Assembly (NCBI RefSeq): GCF_001194135.2
Contig: NC_069000.1
Location: 3,619,365 to 3,683,364 of the forward strand
Length of the DNA stretch: 64,000 nucleotides
From: Octopus bimaculoides
Lineage: Eukaryota
Reading direction: 5' to 3'
Shown: in pieces, positions 27,750 to 41,515 of the stretch
Position numbering within the stretch: position 1 is the stretch's first letter
Layout: every line of letters starts with the position of its first letter
Notes under the pieces: generated by a model
Database searches by the model: none
Told to the model about the DNA's origin: nothing
Seen by the model: only the letters and a program-made list of their open reading frames with translations
Program-made: the position numbers and the translations under genes

Positions 27750-27950
27750 ATTTGAGACGTAGTTCTGAGGGAGATTCAACGTTACACAGAACTTGACAAG
27801 GCCGGCCCTCTTCATATCTGCTCGCTGGGAGTACAGGAGCCAATTGAAATAAAGTATGTTTCTAAACGAAAAAGAAGGCGTCGTCAGGTATCAAACTCGC
27901 GACTTAAGTTCCGTGAGCCGTATATAACTAACCACTAAGCCAGCTGCGCG
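27750..27950 (-). mobile_element. SINE family B, minus strand
   Basis: CGTAGTTCTGAGGGAGATTCAACGTTACACAGAA...AACCACTAAGCCA matches the 60655 and 62915 copies. Confidence 0.75.
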
Positions 27951-28907
27951 CACACACAAACGCACACATACGTTACAAAGAATTTATGATAAATATCTGT
28001 GAATGTGTGAGAATATATGCTTGTAAGTGTGATTGAGAGAGCGCAAGAGAGAGATTCCGTGTGTGTGTATGTGTGAACATGTGTCTGTCTGTGTTTCATC
28101 TGTTTTTCTCTATTCATGAATACAACATTAGTTGTATATTCTCTGTTACAAGAATTACACAATTTACGTATCATTTATCATTCTATTTCTGCGATCACAT
28201 TGTCACCAAATCACACAATTTGCTATTTCAAATTATATATGTTTTAATGATAATATCGCTCCAAAAATAGTCCTTTGTTTTGCAGTGTTTCACACTACCA
28301 ATCTCTGAATATTCGACGCCCAATCCGTGATAAATACTTGTTTAATTAGAAACCGGGCATTTTTAGTTTCGACATAAACACTCCAGATTGCATAGTTCTT
28401 TTTTTTTATTGTTGATAAAATGTTCGTAGTTTCTGCATAATATTATTGCCGATTGCTTTACATAAATCTTGAATGTGCGTAAAAATTGTTCATTTCTTTT
28501 CTTTCAAACGTTATTTCTTCGTTACTTTTCTTCATAATATTTCTGTTCTTTTTTATGCGTTCATAATGGAGGATTATTGAAAAATCGCTTCCATTTACCC
28601 TATCGGTTAAATTCTACGGTGGAGTCTCTATGTCGTCGCTGATACTTTTTCAAATAGCAGATTAATCTTGTTGAGATTAGTCCCCAACAGCTGAAAATTA
28701 ATCGGAGCCATTTTGGATAATGCAGTCTGTTGTATATTAGGAGTAAAAATAAAAATAATAACAAGTAATGGTCATGCATGGAATGTCTGCTCAATCGGGA
28801 CCGACTCGACGCTTAACAACAAGAAAAGTACCAATGGTAACATGGCCAGTCGCTTAATCGCGTTACGAAATGCAAATAACAAATTCTATAATTCTCTCCT
28901 TTAATTA

Positions 28908-29075
28908 AGGTGATGAGCCAGCAGAATCGATAGAGCGTCAGACGGACAAAATTATTCGCCATATATTTCCGTATTTTTACATATTAAGTTCAAACCTTGC
29001 TAAGGTCAACTTTCCATTTCATCCCTCTGTGGATGTTAAAATGCAGTACCAATCAAATAATGGATATACTTATAA
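28908..29075 (+). mobile_element. SINE family A, diverged
   Basis: GGTGATGAGCCAGCAGAATCG...AAGTTCAAACC...GGTCAACTTTCCATTTCATCC. Confidence 0.7.
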
Positions 29076-29762
29076 AAAACTGACTGTGCATCCCTTGTCA
29101 CGATTCTATCTAGGAACATGTAAACACTTAAATGAGAAGTAGAGGTCGACTCTTTCACTTAGGTGGGAAACAATTAAGTTTAGAGAGTCTTAGAACATGA
29201 AGATATTTTTGTTATAGACATGTCACTTAAATTGAACTTCTTTTCCTAATTCTCATGCAGATTGATTTCAAGTGTCTTCGACTATAGTTCTCTGAGGCTC
29301 GGTATTCACAAAAATTGGTCGTCCAGATCCAGAGGTGTCTAAGAGAAAAAATTAATTTCTGAGAAAAACTGGCCAAGCTGTTTTGCATGCGCGAGGATTA
29401 AAATTTTCATCTCCATACACAGAATAAAGATATCTTCTTTTGAATTCAAATAGTATCTGGTATCTGATATCGGTCTGATCTACTTTTAGTTAAAAAGGGT
29501 AAAATCAATATGAGTTTAACCACAATAGCATCAAGCTATCAGCAACGAAAGATCATAAAAAGAAAACTAGTATTTAAAGATTAATGATTATTTTAGCATA
29601 AGTATTAAAAAAGTACCATCAAAGTAGATAAGAAACAAAATGCATGAGGACTTACTCTCCAAAGTTGCTATTTGAGTGCGTGCGTGTGCGTATGTGTGAG
29701 TATAAAGCTATACATGAAGAGAGATCACTGACAGACAGACAGGCAGACAGACAGACAGATGA

Positions 29763-29795
<33 letters not shown>

Positions 29796-30194
29796 GGAAG
29801 AGGCAGGGATTGGTTGATAGCGATTGTGGTGGAAAATGTTAGTTATAAATATATATGTATGTATGTGTATATATATATATATATAAATATATATATATAA
29901 CTTGAGAAGAAGGATTTGGCGGCTATTTCTAGCATGTCTAAACACGTAGAGAAACTCCTTACACCATTAGCTAGTGCGATAGGAGATGAATTCCTATATG
30001 TATATTTGCACTACAATGCGTGTTTGAGAAATTAATTATTAAATGTGTTGGTTTTTCGTTGGGTTATTAAAATAACCATGAGACTAATTAGATACCAGCT
30101 TGTTGGTATCTATTGTTAAAGGTCAAAATGTTCGTGACGTCTGGACGTAAAACAATCCAATGAGAGGTAAGCATCTTGATATTATTCATATCAT

Positions 30195-30298
30195 GCTTCT
30201 GTTTCTTCTTCTTCTTCTTCTTCTTCTTCTACTTTTTTCCTCTTCTTTTCTTCTTCTTCTTCTTTTTCGTTTTCTTCTTCTCATTATCATCATCATCA

Positions 30299-30347
<49 letters not shown>
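30195..30347. repeat. Compound (TTC)n/(ATC)n/(ATT)n tract
   Basis: Visible. Confidence 0.95.
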
Positions 30348-30349
<2 letters not shown>

Positions 30350-30356
30350 TTTACTG

Positions 30357-30825
30357 TTGATCCTTCCGAAATCGATAAAAAATGTACCAGTTGAATACTG
30401 GGGTCGATGTAATCGACAATCCCCCTCCTCCCGAATTTCAGGTCTTGAACCTGTTGTGTAAAGGATCGTTATTATTATTGTTGTTGTTGTTGTTGCTACT
30501 GTCCGATAATATGTTTAGCGGTATTGTTTCTGGGTCGTAGGTTCTGAGTTCAAATTCCGCCGAGGTTGAATTTGCATTCTGTCTCTATGGAAACAATAAA
30601 CAAAAATGCGAGACAGGAACCTAGAAACTATTATTTTATTAAAAATACGGCAGCAGTGGGCTGGGAGAATGGTTACTGCATGGGGAAAGAGCTGCGTTTT
30701 ATCTCTTCCGCGTGGCATTACTCTCTTATTTAGAACCCTGACGGTAACTGCTTTTCCTTTCATCCTTCTGTGGTCGATAAAATGTTGTACTCTGCAAGTA
30801 TTAGGTTCGAGGTTATCGACTGGCT
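30357..30825 (+). mobile_element. Cluster of three SINE family A fragments
   Basis: 3' part at 30357-30455 (TACTGGGGTCGATGTAATCGAC), B-box part at 30537-30580 (CTGAGTTCAAATTCCGCCGAGG), diverged copy at about 30640-30825. Confidence 0.75.
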
Positions 30826-30983
30826 TCATCGTCGATATGAATATTTATGGAGAGAGAGTGAAAGAGAGAGAGAGAGGGACTTACAGAAACAGGTAGAGAA
30901 GCGACAGGGAGGGATAGATAACAATAAAGAGAAATCGAAAGAGAAATGGTGATAGATAGATTGATAGTTAATTAGATAGCCAA

Positions 30984-31021
<38 letters not shown>

Positions 31022-31687
31022 CCAGGTATGCGTGCGTGCCGAGGTAGAAGTATATGATACCTAGTTGACTGAATATTTGAGGAGATATATTATCCGCTCA
31101 AGAGAAAAGAAGATATCAGCCTTTCTCGTTAAATATTGTAGATCCATATGTGTGTTTGGCCAATATTTCTTAATGAGCTTCTCTCCCGTTATCTTATAGG
31201 ACTGAGGTTGCTGTGAATGTCATAAACAGACACGTGTTAGGCTTGCCTCTAACACAGCAAAATATCTCATCTCAAATAGCTACATTGTCTATTAGATGTA
31301 TACAATATTTAGAGACGTGCCTTTAAGAGCATATAAGATTTCTTTCGTATACATTGGGACGCTGGTGATTGAAAGGACAAAATGGAACGACGCAAACAGC
31401 GTGTATCAGATAGCTCTGATAAATAATAGATTAGCAGAGGGAATTTGAAATGCTTTGATGAATTTATTAACACGAAGACAATTTGTAGATACTGCTGTGT
31501 AACATCTTCAGAGAAATAAGCGAGAATTATTTTCTTCTATTTATTGTGATTCATAAGTCAGCCATAATCCGATACGGAAGATAATATGCATTGACATTAT
31601 AGGCAAGCTTTGTCGTTGAACATATATACACCTATACATCCATGTAGCTCTGTGTTTTTCTGTATATATGTCCACATGCATGTTTTT

Positions 31688-31778
<91 letters not shown>

Positions 31779-31869
31779 AAGTCTATTTGCTAACGTAAAG
31801 TGGCAGCCCTGCTAGAGATGATGTTACTACTGCCTATACTGTGAGGGGGTACCCAGTTAGACTTGCCCA

Positions 31870-32060
31870 TACGAGGGGGTACCCAAAAGGAACCGGAATT
31901 TTCCATTATTATTTTACTCATTTAGTTTTACCTGTTTACACTTTTATCACCTTCAAAGTATTCTCCATTTGACGTAAATGCATCGGTCCAGGCGCGTTTT
32001 GCACTGTTCGAAGCAGTGCTGGAACTCTTGCGAAGTGATGCCTTTTAACACCTCCGTCGT
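31870..32060 (-). mobile_element. Mariner element 3' end: TIR plus transposase C-terminus
   Basis: TA+CGAGGGGGTACCCAAAAGGAACCGGAA is a mariner-type terminus. Minus strand 32060-31928 reads TTEVLKGITSQEFQHCFEQCKTRLDRCI/TSNGEYFEGDKSVNR* (one frameshift), the mariner ...RxxxCIxxxGEYFE terminal motif. Confidence 0.88.
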
Positions 32061-32084
32061 TCATTTACTGTTACTGCAGTGCAC

Positions 32085-32230
32085 TAGGTACGTAGCCCTG
32101 TGATGGGATGCTCTTCCTATCCGGTGGAGGTGGGGCATGTTGGGCTACTCCCCTAGTCAACGGGGTGGCGTCATTCGAAGGCAAAATCAATACGAAGCGC
32201 ATTGTGACCAGCGATATATAACAATATCCT
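32085..32230 (+). mobile_element. SINE family B variant, 3' half
   Basis: GGCGTCATTCGAAGGC...GCGCATTGTGACCAGCGATATATAACAA, shared with 7109-7400. Confidence 0.7.
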
Positions 32231-33130
32231 CTATTCTGTTAAATACTGTGATCCTGTGATTTTAATATTTAGGGATGCATTACCTACCTTGTATCCATGC
32301 AGTAAAAAAAAAAACGACATCTCACACAAACACACCTACAAACAAAAATATACACATGACAAACTTCAACACAGTTCTACACTACAAAATCGTCGTCACA
32401 AAATTTAAGCCAAATTGAAATCAATGGAAAAGTCAAAACCCAACCCGAAGTCTCAACAACAGGAACAACTACTTGAATGAGAAACACAAGAAACAACATT
32501 TATAACCAGACATCTACAGGTGGCGCTCACGTCGGTCATGTCACCAGTGAGAGTATGTTTGTGTTAAGAAGATAACGAGAAAGACTTGAGAAATAAACCA
32601 CTACAGTTTGGTTGCTGACTAATTTATCGATTATCTTCAATAAATCTGAGACTACTTCATAAAAGGACACTTTCCAGAGAGAGAAGTTTGTATTCACTGC
32701 AAAATAAGACTATAGTAAGCAATAAATTCGGAATTTGCTTTATTTCCCAAATGGCTATTTTGAAATGATTTTCTCATAGATATCAGTAAATTTCTGTATA
32801 TGTGACTCAGTCTCGCTCTGAGGTTGTGGCTGTGAGTGGCTGTAAGTGGCTTATTTGTTTGTATGTCTATGTGATAGCGCCGTGTGTATGTGTTTCTGTG
32901 TTAGTAAAGCACAGAGAAACAAACATAGACAGAGAGAGAAAGTGAAACACAGAGTGAGAGAGAGAGAAAGAGAAAGAGATTGTATCTCCTATCTCTCATG
33001 TGTCACTGATAAATCGTAGCAAATATAACTTATATAATGTACACCACACCCGCTACTTCGCAAACGCTCACACAGGCATATATATGGAAGTATACGGATA
33101 TATGCATGTGTATGCATATATTCGTATCAG

Positions 33131-33192
<62 letters not shown>

Positions 33193-33292
33193 AGTGTGTG
33201 TGTGTGTGTGAGCATATGTGTACAAATATAGACTATGCAAACACAAATATATATGTGCACAAATATATTAAATTGTGTAAACACATATATAT

Positions 33293-33325
<33 letters not shown>

Positions 33326-33455
33326 CATTATCTATTGAGGTATGTTCATATATATGCATAGATATATATACATGCGCGTGTGTGTCTGAGAGAGTGAGAT
33401 TGTGTGGCTATGTACGCGTGCATATATGTGTATATGTGTATATACATATATATAA

Positions 33456-33501
<46 letters not shown>

Positions 33502-33638
33502 NNNNNNNNNNNNNNNNNNNNNNNNNNNNNNNNNNNNNNNNNNNNNNNNNNNNNNNNNNNNNNNNNNNNNNNNNNNNNNNNNNNNNNNNNNNNNNNNNNN
33601 NNNNNNNNNNNNNNNNTATATATATATACATACATACA

Positions 33639-33714
<76 letters not shown>

Positions 33715-34340
33715 GTACGGCATATCCATACCATTTGATGAACAATTATTTCGACAGATGTTTGTCGTCTGCAATGCTCTTCGCAGTATCTGAAAGACTT
33801 ACTTAGCCATCTTCTCTTGTTCACACACACACACACTCACTCACACACACACACGCACACACACACACACACATTTCTACACAACGCATACGTTACCTCA
33901 ACTTTAAGCAATACTTCTCTTATTTTTCCATTAAGCATCATTCTTCATTCTTTACTTTTGTACGTTCACAATCTACTCTCTTTGTTTTCCACATTTTGTT
34001 TGAAACGTTCTTTTTCACATTTTGGAAAATACTATTCCTGGTTTTTTCTTTGGTTGTTGTCCCAACCGCTAAAAGTCCAACCCACACCCTAATCCCCCGA
34101 CATTGTGAATCTGTTTTCGCGTTTTCTCCTATTTAATCTTCGTTTCTTTACTTCGAAAAAATTTGCAATGCTTGCCTTTTCTTTTTCGTTTTTTTTTTAA
34201 TGTATTTTCGACGTTGTTTATTATTTTTTTTATCTCTCAAATATTCAGGAATAATCCTGTTAGTCATATGTTTTCTCTTTCTAAATATTCATACAGATAC
34301 ATACTCATACACACACACATAAACACTCACACACATACAC

Positions 34341-34398
<58 letters not shown>

Positions 34399-34598
34399 AT
34401 ATACATATATATATATATGTATATATGGACTATGTATTTATATGTTTGCTGTCTGTCTTTATGTATGTGTGCATGTATATATGTATGTATAATGTATACA
34501 TGCATGCGTGTGTATATGTGTATATGCAATTATTGAATATGTGCAAACGCACACACATGTACAAACACACAAACATGCAGTCATACACACATATACCC

Positions 34599-34636
<38 letters not shown>

Positions 34637-35440
34637 NNNNNNNNNNNNNNNNNNNNNNNNNNNNNNNNNNNNNNNNNNNNNNNNNNNNNNNNNNNNNNNN
34701 NNNNNNNNNNNNNNNNNNNNNNNNNNNNNNNNNNNNNNNNNNNNNNNNNNNNNNNNNNNNNNNNNNNNNNNNNNNNNNNNNNNNNNNNNNNNNNNNNNNN
34801 NNNNNNNNNNNNNNNNNNNNNNNNNNNNNNNNNNNNNNNNNNNNNNNNNNNNNNNNNNNNNNNNNNNNNNNNNNNNNNNNNNNNNNNNNNNNNNNNNNNN
34901 NTTTTTTTTCACTATAACTTTCTACGTATATATATGTATGGATCTGTGTGTGTGTAGCAAGTATATATCTATATACACACGCACATAGATATATACTTGC
35001 TACACACACACACACACACACAGATCCATACATATATATACGTAGAAAGTTATAGTGAAAAAATCTGAACGCATCAAAAATTCGTAAGCCATAGAGGTGT
35101 AGACTGCGCTGCGTAAATATATTAGCGTATGAATGCTAAGGAATGTAAGGTGATCGTTTCGATTCCCGACCGTACCTTATACCTCGGAGACAACAATAGT
35201 CTCGTAGTTTGCCATATAAAATCTGTTTGATGCACCGAATAATGATATGATAATCTTTGGAACAATAACATGAATATATATATATGTATGTGTGTGTGTA
35301 TGTCTACATAGATGCGAACGATAGTGTGTGTATGAGAGTGTATAGGAGAATGTGTATGTGAGTGTGTGTGTTATATTTGAATCGAGTCCAAAATCCTGGC
35401 ACCATCGCTTCTTTTTAGAGAAACTCAGCATATATATATA

Positions 35441-35606
35441 TATATATGTGTGTGTGTATGTATATATGTATATGTATATGTTTTTATATGTACATATGTG
35501 TGTGTGTATGTATATATGTATATGTATATGTTTTTATATGTATATATGTGTGTGTGTATGTATATATGTATATGTATATGTTTTTATATGTATATATGTG
35601 TGTGTA
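35441..35606. repeat. 50-bp unit x3.3 built from TA/TG microsatellite sequence
   Basis: TATATATGTGTGTGTGTATGTATATATGTATATGTATATGTTTTTATATG at 35441, 35491 and 35541. Confidence 0.9.
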
Positions 35607-35669
35607 TATGAGCGTGTATGTTTGTGTTGTATGTGTGTGTGTCTGTGTGTATCATTTGTGTCTGTGTTT

Positions 35670-35835
35670 ATGTCCCCGTAACTTAGTGCTGAGGCAAAAA
35701 ATTCGATAAAATAAGTACAAGGATTTAAGATATGTACACGCTCAATATCTTCGACAAAAGCTTCTCTAAGGCAGTGCTCTAGCATGGCCGCGGTATAATG
35801 ACGGAAACGAGTAAAAGAATAAAAGAATAAGAGAA
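35670..35835 (+). mobile_element. SINE-like family D copy
   Basis: GATAAAATAAGTAC...GGCAGTGCTCTAGCATGGCCGC...GACGGAAACGAGTAAAAGAATAAAAGAATA. Confidence 0.75.
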
Positions 35836-35858
35836 TATATATATATATATATATAATA

Positions 35859-36018
35859 TTATATGAAGGGCATTACTACACGTAAATGCTTCACCTTAGG
35901 GACTCTTAAAGTCAAATCTACCTGAATACATATATAGTGTATATTCATTACGATAGTTTTGACTTTAAGAGTCCCTCATAGCGTAAGATATTTACGTGTA
36001 GTAATGCTCTTAATATAA
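35859..36018. mobile_element. Foldback MITE, about 160 bp
   Basis: GCATTACTACACGTAAAT (35870-35887) pairs with 35990-36007; AGGGACTCTTAAAGTCAAA (35898-35916) pairs with 35958-35976; TA-rich ends. Confidence 0.7.
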
Positions 36019-36731
36019 GAAATATGTTTACAGGGAATAATTATAAAGTTTTCCCTTGTAAGTTTATCTTATAAAGATTTTATCCTATATTTAAATTATA
36101 TATATATATATATATACATGTGTGTATTTGCTTATATCTATTTATGTATTTACGCATGTATGTATGTGCGTGTGAGTTTGTATGTATGTATAAACGAGGT
36201 TAATGGTATCGTAAAAATAATTGAGAGATTTAACCTTTACACACGACTTTTAAAACTCCTTTCAACAAATGAAACAGCTTTCCCCACAGATCGATGACAC
36301 AACAAATATGTTTGTTTCCCAATATTATTTCAAACATATATTGTTTTCTGTTTTTTTAAATTTATTTGTTGTTTGTTCGATGCCAATAAAAGGAGAAGAG
36401 AAAAGAAAATTATATTTGGCGTCATATCTTCGCCTATTTTATATGATTTTTAACTGTTTTTGTCTCACAACATGTTTCTTCTATATTGCTTTTATATTTT
36501 CTTTTTATCTGTTTATTTAAATGTTCTTTATTTATTTATTGTTACAGTTTTTACTTCATGGAATGCTTTTTTCTGTTTTGTTTATATGTATATATATATA
36601 TATAAATGTTTTATTACTAGATTATTTTGTTTGTTTTTTTTAAATATGAATTGATAAATTGAAGACATATATAGATATACTAACACAGCGGAATATAGAC
36701 AGACACCCTCACACATATATACATATACATA

Positions 36732-36776
<45 letters not shown>

Positions 36777-37679
36777 NNNNNNNNNNNNNNNNNNNNNNNN
36801 NNNNNNNNNNNNNNNNNNNNNNNNNNNNNNNNNNNNNNNNNNNNNNNNNNNNNNNNNNNNNNNNNNNNNNNNNNNNNNNNNNNNNNNNNNNNNNNNNNNN
36901 NNNNNNNNNNNNNNNNNNNNNNNNNNNNNNNNNNNNNNNNNNNNNNNNNNNNNNNNNNNNNNNNNNNNNNNNNNNNNNNNNNNNGAGGGTGTCTGTCTAT
37001 ATTCCGCTGTGTTAGTATATCTATATATGTCTTCAATTTATCAATTCATATTTAAAAAAAACAAATATCAACGTGGCGTGTAAATAGGAGAAGGCGCCCA
37101 AGATGGTAATTCTTTCTCTGCTGCCGAAGTCGTTAGAATTATTTGTGTGTGTTGAATAAAGAGAACTAAAAACATTACCAAATGTAGAAAAGAACGACCA
37201 ACTTTCATTATTCCATTTTATACATATGTATTCCTTGATAATTTTATCCATCTACCACTTTGACTCATTTGTTAGTTTCATTTGATTTGATATGATTTTA
37301 TTTATTATTGCTGCTGTTGTTGTTGTCTTTGTTGCTGCTCATGTTGTTGTCGATTATCCTACGTCAACTCTAGCAGAGCTGATATCTGGCCAATTCAATA
37401 ATTGCTTTTATGACAGTTTTATCAAAGTGTCCTTTATGTTAGTACAAAAAAAAAGGAAAAAATTATCGAGGTGGTTTCGTCGATAGTTCTATCAGATTAA
37501 AATGCAGTAAAGTGACCTTTTAGAGATTTAAGTATTTTTACTTCTTTTAATCCTACTTTACCGCTCAGTACGAATATATATTAGCCAAATATATTTTGAA
37601 AATGCAATTTCTATTTGGTCGAACGAACATCCAGACGTCTCCCCTTTGGTCCAACCGGAGGCATATCTCCGACGACTCT

Positions 37680-38430
37680 GGCTGTTCACCATCAGCAGCA
37701 ACTCAAAACCATCGTTGCTCTCTCAACACTGTGGATACTGTCTCAGCATCAGAAACACTGGCGCATCTCCATCAATACCGGCTTGCTCGTTATCAGAGTT
37801 AGCTTTTCATCAACAATATTGCCTCACCATCATTAATATTGGATCAATGCCATCGTCATTGTTTAGCACCATCAATCCTAGCTCGTCCTGATAAATGCTG
37901 GCTCAAAACGACAATTCTTGTTCACCGCTATCGATGCTGGCTTACTAGCATCCATTTCGAGACTTTCTCAAATATATTGACTCTACGTCATCTCCATCGA
38001 CGCTTGGTGACCATCACCAGTTGTATCTCACCAGCATTAATGCTCGCAAAATATCACTAAGTCTTGCTCACCACTATCAACAATCACTCACAGCTAGCAA
38101 ATCATACTCACCACAGTTGATACTGGACGTACGATCAATGTTGTTTCACCAGCTCTAATTCTGGCAAATAGCTACCAGTCCTAGCCAATCTTCATTCACC
38201 CTGGCTCATCTTAATCAACACTCGCTCATTTGCATCAACATTGGCTCAAATTTATCAACTTTATTTCACATTCATCACTACTGACATATCCTTATCAACA
38301 CTTGCTGATCTCCACAAACACGGGCTCATATTCACCTATTCTGGTTCGTTTTCTCCAACGTTGGTTCATCTTCACCAACACTGGGACATTTTCTTCAACG
38401 CTGGCTTTATATTCATCAACGCTCCCTAAA
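37680..38430. repeat. Degenerate 20-bp minisatellite, consensus about CTGGCTCATCTTCATCAACA
   Basis: Units fall in exact 20-nt register from 38161 to 38420; more decayed units lie upstream. Confidence 0.85.
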
Positions 38431-40074
38431 CAATAGAAATGCTGATTAACCAAATTTAATTGTGGCCTACCATAATCAGAACCGTGTCTGTATCATCAAT
38501 TCTGTTTCACTGTCATGAATAAAATTTCTTCAGAATTATTACTAGTTCAGTCAGCAACATAAAAGCAAGCTCACTGCCATGAATACAGGCTCACCGTTAT
38601 CTTCTTTGATTCATCAATAACAATAGCCGCTTGCTAACATCTAAACAACAACAACGCGGTGGCTCAAGCATGAATTTACGCAGCAACATATCGGCATCTT
38701 CATTAATTATGCTAAAATCGTGTCTAAAAAGTTTTCGCGTGGAGAATAATTAATAGATGGGAGGCTGTCAGAAGTACAACATATTACGTCAGTTGATCAT
38801 TCATAGGAACAGGGAGTGAGAACGGGAGGAGGAGAAAGTGCGAGAGTGATGGAAAGAGTAGAGATACAGAGAGAAAGATGATAGGATGTAGTTGATATTG
38901 TGTAATTTTTGTGTCGAAATTGCGGTGAAATTTTCAGATTACTGAGAGAGAATTCTTGCACCTTTCAGGATATAATAATGTGGAATACGATTAATGCGTA
39001 TCGCTCCCTCACTATTTCTTTCTCTCTGTCCTTTTCCCTCTCTTTCTTTCTTTCTCTCTCTCTCTCCCTCTCTCTATCTCTCCCTCTCTCTCTCTGTGAA
39101 TACATATGTGTGTGTATGTATATATACTGATATGTATGTGTGTGTATCTATATGTATATATGCATGAATGTGTATATATATATATATATCATTGTATATA
39201 CATACACTCTCACTCATACACACACACACACACACGCACACGCACTCACACACACAAGCACACACACACAAACACACACACACACACACACACATATGTA
39301 TATATTATGTATGTATCTTTACGATTATATTTTCCTCATGCTAAATGCTGCACAATCTGCAAACTAATCAACTAATCAACTAATCATCCGTTTTAATTAC
39401 CCCATGGAGCTTACTAATGGCTTCATTATTCATTAAAAATTGTGTATGTTAATTATTCAGCCTCGTCTTCGCAGTTTGAAACCAAATCTTTCATTCTCCA
39501 CCATTAAACCTCCTTTCCCATTATAACTTCGCTTATTTTCTTTCCTTCCCATTGTTCGCAGCACATTGATGTCTTCACATTCGCCTCGTATATATATATA
39601 GATACAGTTTTCATCGCTCTCTCATCTCTTTTTTTTTTTACTTACCTTCTTTCATTGCAGCCTGAAACATTTTCCTTTGTATTTCTCAAAATCCATTTCT
39701 CAACTGAAGTCTACACCATATTTTTTTTCTTGTTAACTTTTTCGTTCTTTCCAATCGCTTCTCTTTCAATGTAATCTGAGGTTTGTTATCTTGTTCCGCT
39801 TCCGCTCTTCATCTTACTTTTTCACAGTATATATTTACCTCTCTCAAGAAGTTTCAAATTCTCTGTGTCCTTCATTCTCTTTTTCTCTCGTACAATTTGA
39901 CCCTTCTCTCTATTTCTATCAATTTTCTTCCATACAATGTAATTTTCATTTTTGTTTCTCAACTTTTATTTTCTCTCTGAAATTTTGTTCCGTGTTTATT
40001 TATTTTCTTATTAGTTCCCATTCCCATGTATCACTCACTTCACCACATCTCATTTCTCTTTCGCATTCCGTCTA

Positions 40075-40127
<53 letters not shown>

Positions 40128-40406
40128 NNNNNNNNNNNNNNNNNNNNNNNNNNNNNNNNNNNNNNNNNNNNNNNNNNNNNNNNNNNNNNNNNNNNNNNNN
40201 NNNNNNNNNNNNNNNNNNNNNNNNNNNNNNNNNNNNNNNNNNNNNNNNNNNNNNNNNNNNNNNNNNNNNNNNNNNNNNNNNNNNNNNNNNNNNNNNNNNN
40301 NNNNNNNNNNNNNNNNNNNNNNNNNNNNNNNNNNNNNNNNNNNNNNNNNNNNNNNNNNNNNNNNNNNNNNNNNNNNNNNNNNNNNNNNNNNNNNNNNNNN
40401 NNNNNN

Positions 40407-40442
<36 letters not shown>

Positions 40443-41075
40443 TACATATTTATACATATATATATATACATGCATATATACATATATATATGTATGGATG
40501 TGTATATATATATATACATATATACCTGCATATATATGTACATGTATATATATGTGTGTGTATATATATATATATACATCTACGTATATATGTCTGTGTA
40601 TTTCTGTGCTTGTGTGCGTATGGATGTGTGTGTGGGTGTGTATACACATATATGATAGACGTACAGATATCCCATAGTTCCCCACCTCCGTTTCTCTCCT
40701 CCATTTTCTAAGTTGCTTTTCTACTTCCTTATATATATTTTTTTGCAATCAAATTATTTTCCTTCTCTTAGTGTTCAGTTGCTGATTTCAGCGAATATGT
40801 AGCCGCGTTTCTATTAGGTAAAAAGTGAATTGATTAATTTTCATCTTTGTCTTTCATAACAATCTCTGGAGTGTTACATAAACTGTATTACATAAGATAT
40901 TGTTCCGAGATATTACTTCGGCTTTGAAATAAACTGCAGTTATCTCCAGCATAAATACAAGAGCACTGATTGGTTGGCGTATGATGGAATCGACCTCGTT
41001 GTTTAACTGGAATAAAAGAACAAGAGGAAAATTGACTTCGTGGTGGGATATTAGTATAGGACTTCCAAGTTTATC

Positions 41076-41116
<41 letters not shown>

Positions 41117-41368
41117 GAGTGAGAGATCAGTGCATGCCATCAAAGTGACACTGGGGTAAAATATACGAAGCCCATCATACCCATAATGACTGCCCGTCTA
41201 AGGGTACACCGCGCACATGCATCACAACCATGGTGATCCCATATCATGATAAACAGCATGAATATTTGCTGTAGCCCATCTTTTGTACCAAGACAAAACA
41301 ATGTAAACGTTAACACATCCAATCAGTTAAGATCAGAAGCCATGAGAGCCACTGTCTGGTACTGCATC
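41117..41368 (-). mobile_element. Probable non-LTR retrotransposon 3'UTR fragment with (AAT)n tail
   Basis: Higher-GC block abutting the (ATT)n tract at 41075-41116. It resembles an abundant octopus repeat as I recall it; not verified. Confidence 0.4.
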
Positions 41369-41374
41369 TATTAC

Positions 41375-41408
<34 letters not shown>

Positions 41409-41473
41409 AATAATAATATTAGCATCAATATCATCATCAATAGTAGTAGCACTAGTAGTAGTAGTAGCACTAC

Positions 41474-41515
<42 letters not shown>

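Noticed and set aside
27510-27755. ORF with a Ser/Ala stalk and hydrophobic tail (GPI/TM-like)
   Set aside because: Weak acceptor; T-rich DNA readily yields hydrophobic runs; ends in a microsatellite and a SINE.
38161-38420. CRISPR-like periodic array
   Set aside because: Units are contiguous with no unique spacers, and the context is eukaryotic with no cas genes.
39640-39670. Possible 16-nt minus-strand microexon (TTTCAG|GCTGCAATGAAAGAAG|GTAAGT)
   Set aside because: Splice motifs alone at this length are not distinguishable from chance in 64 kb.
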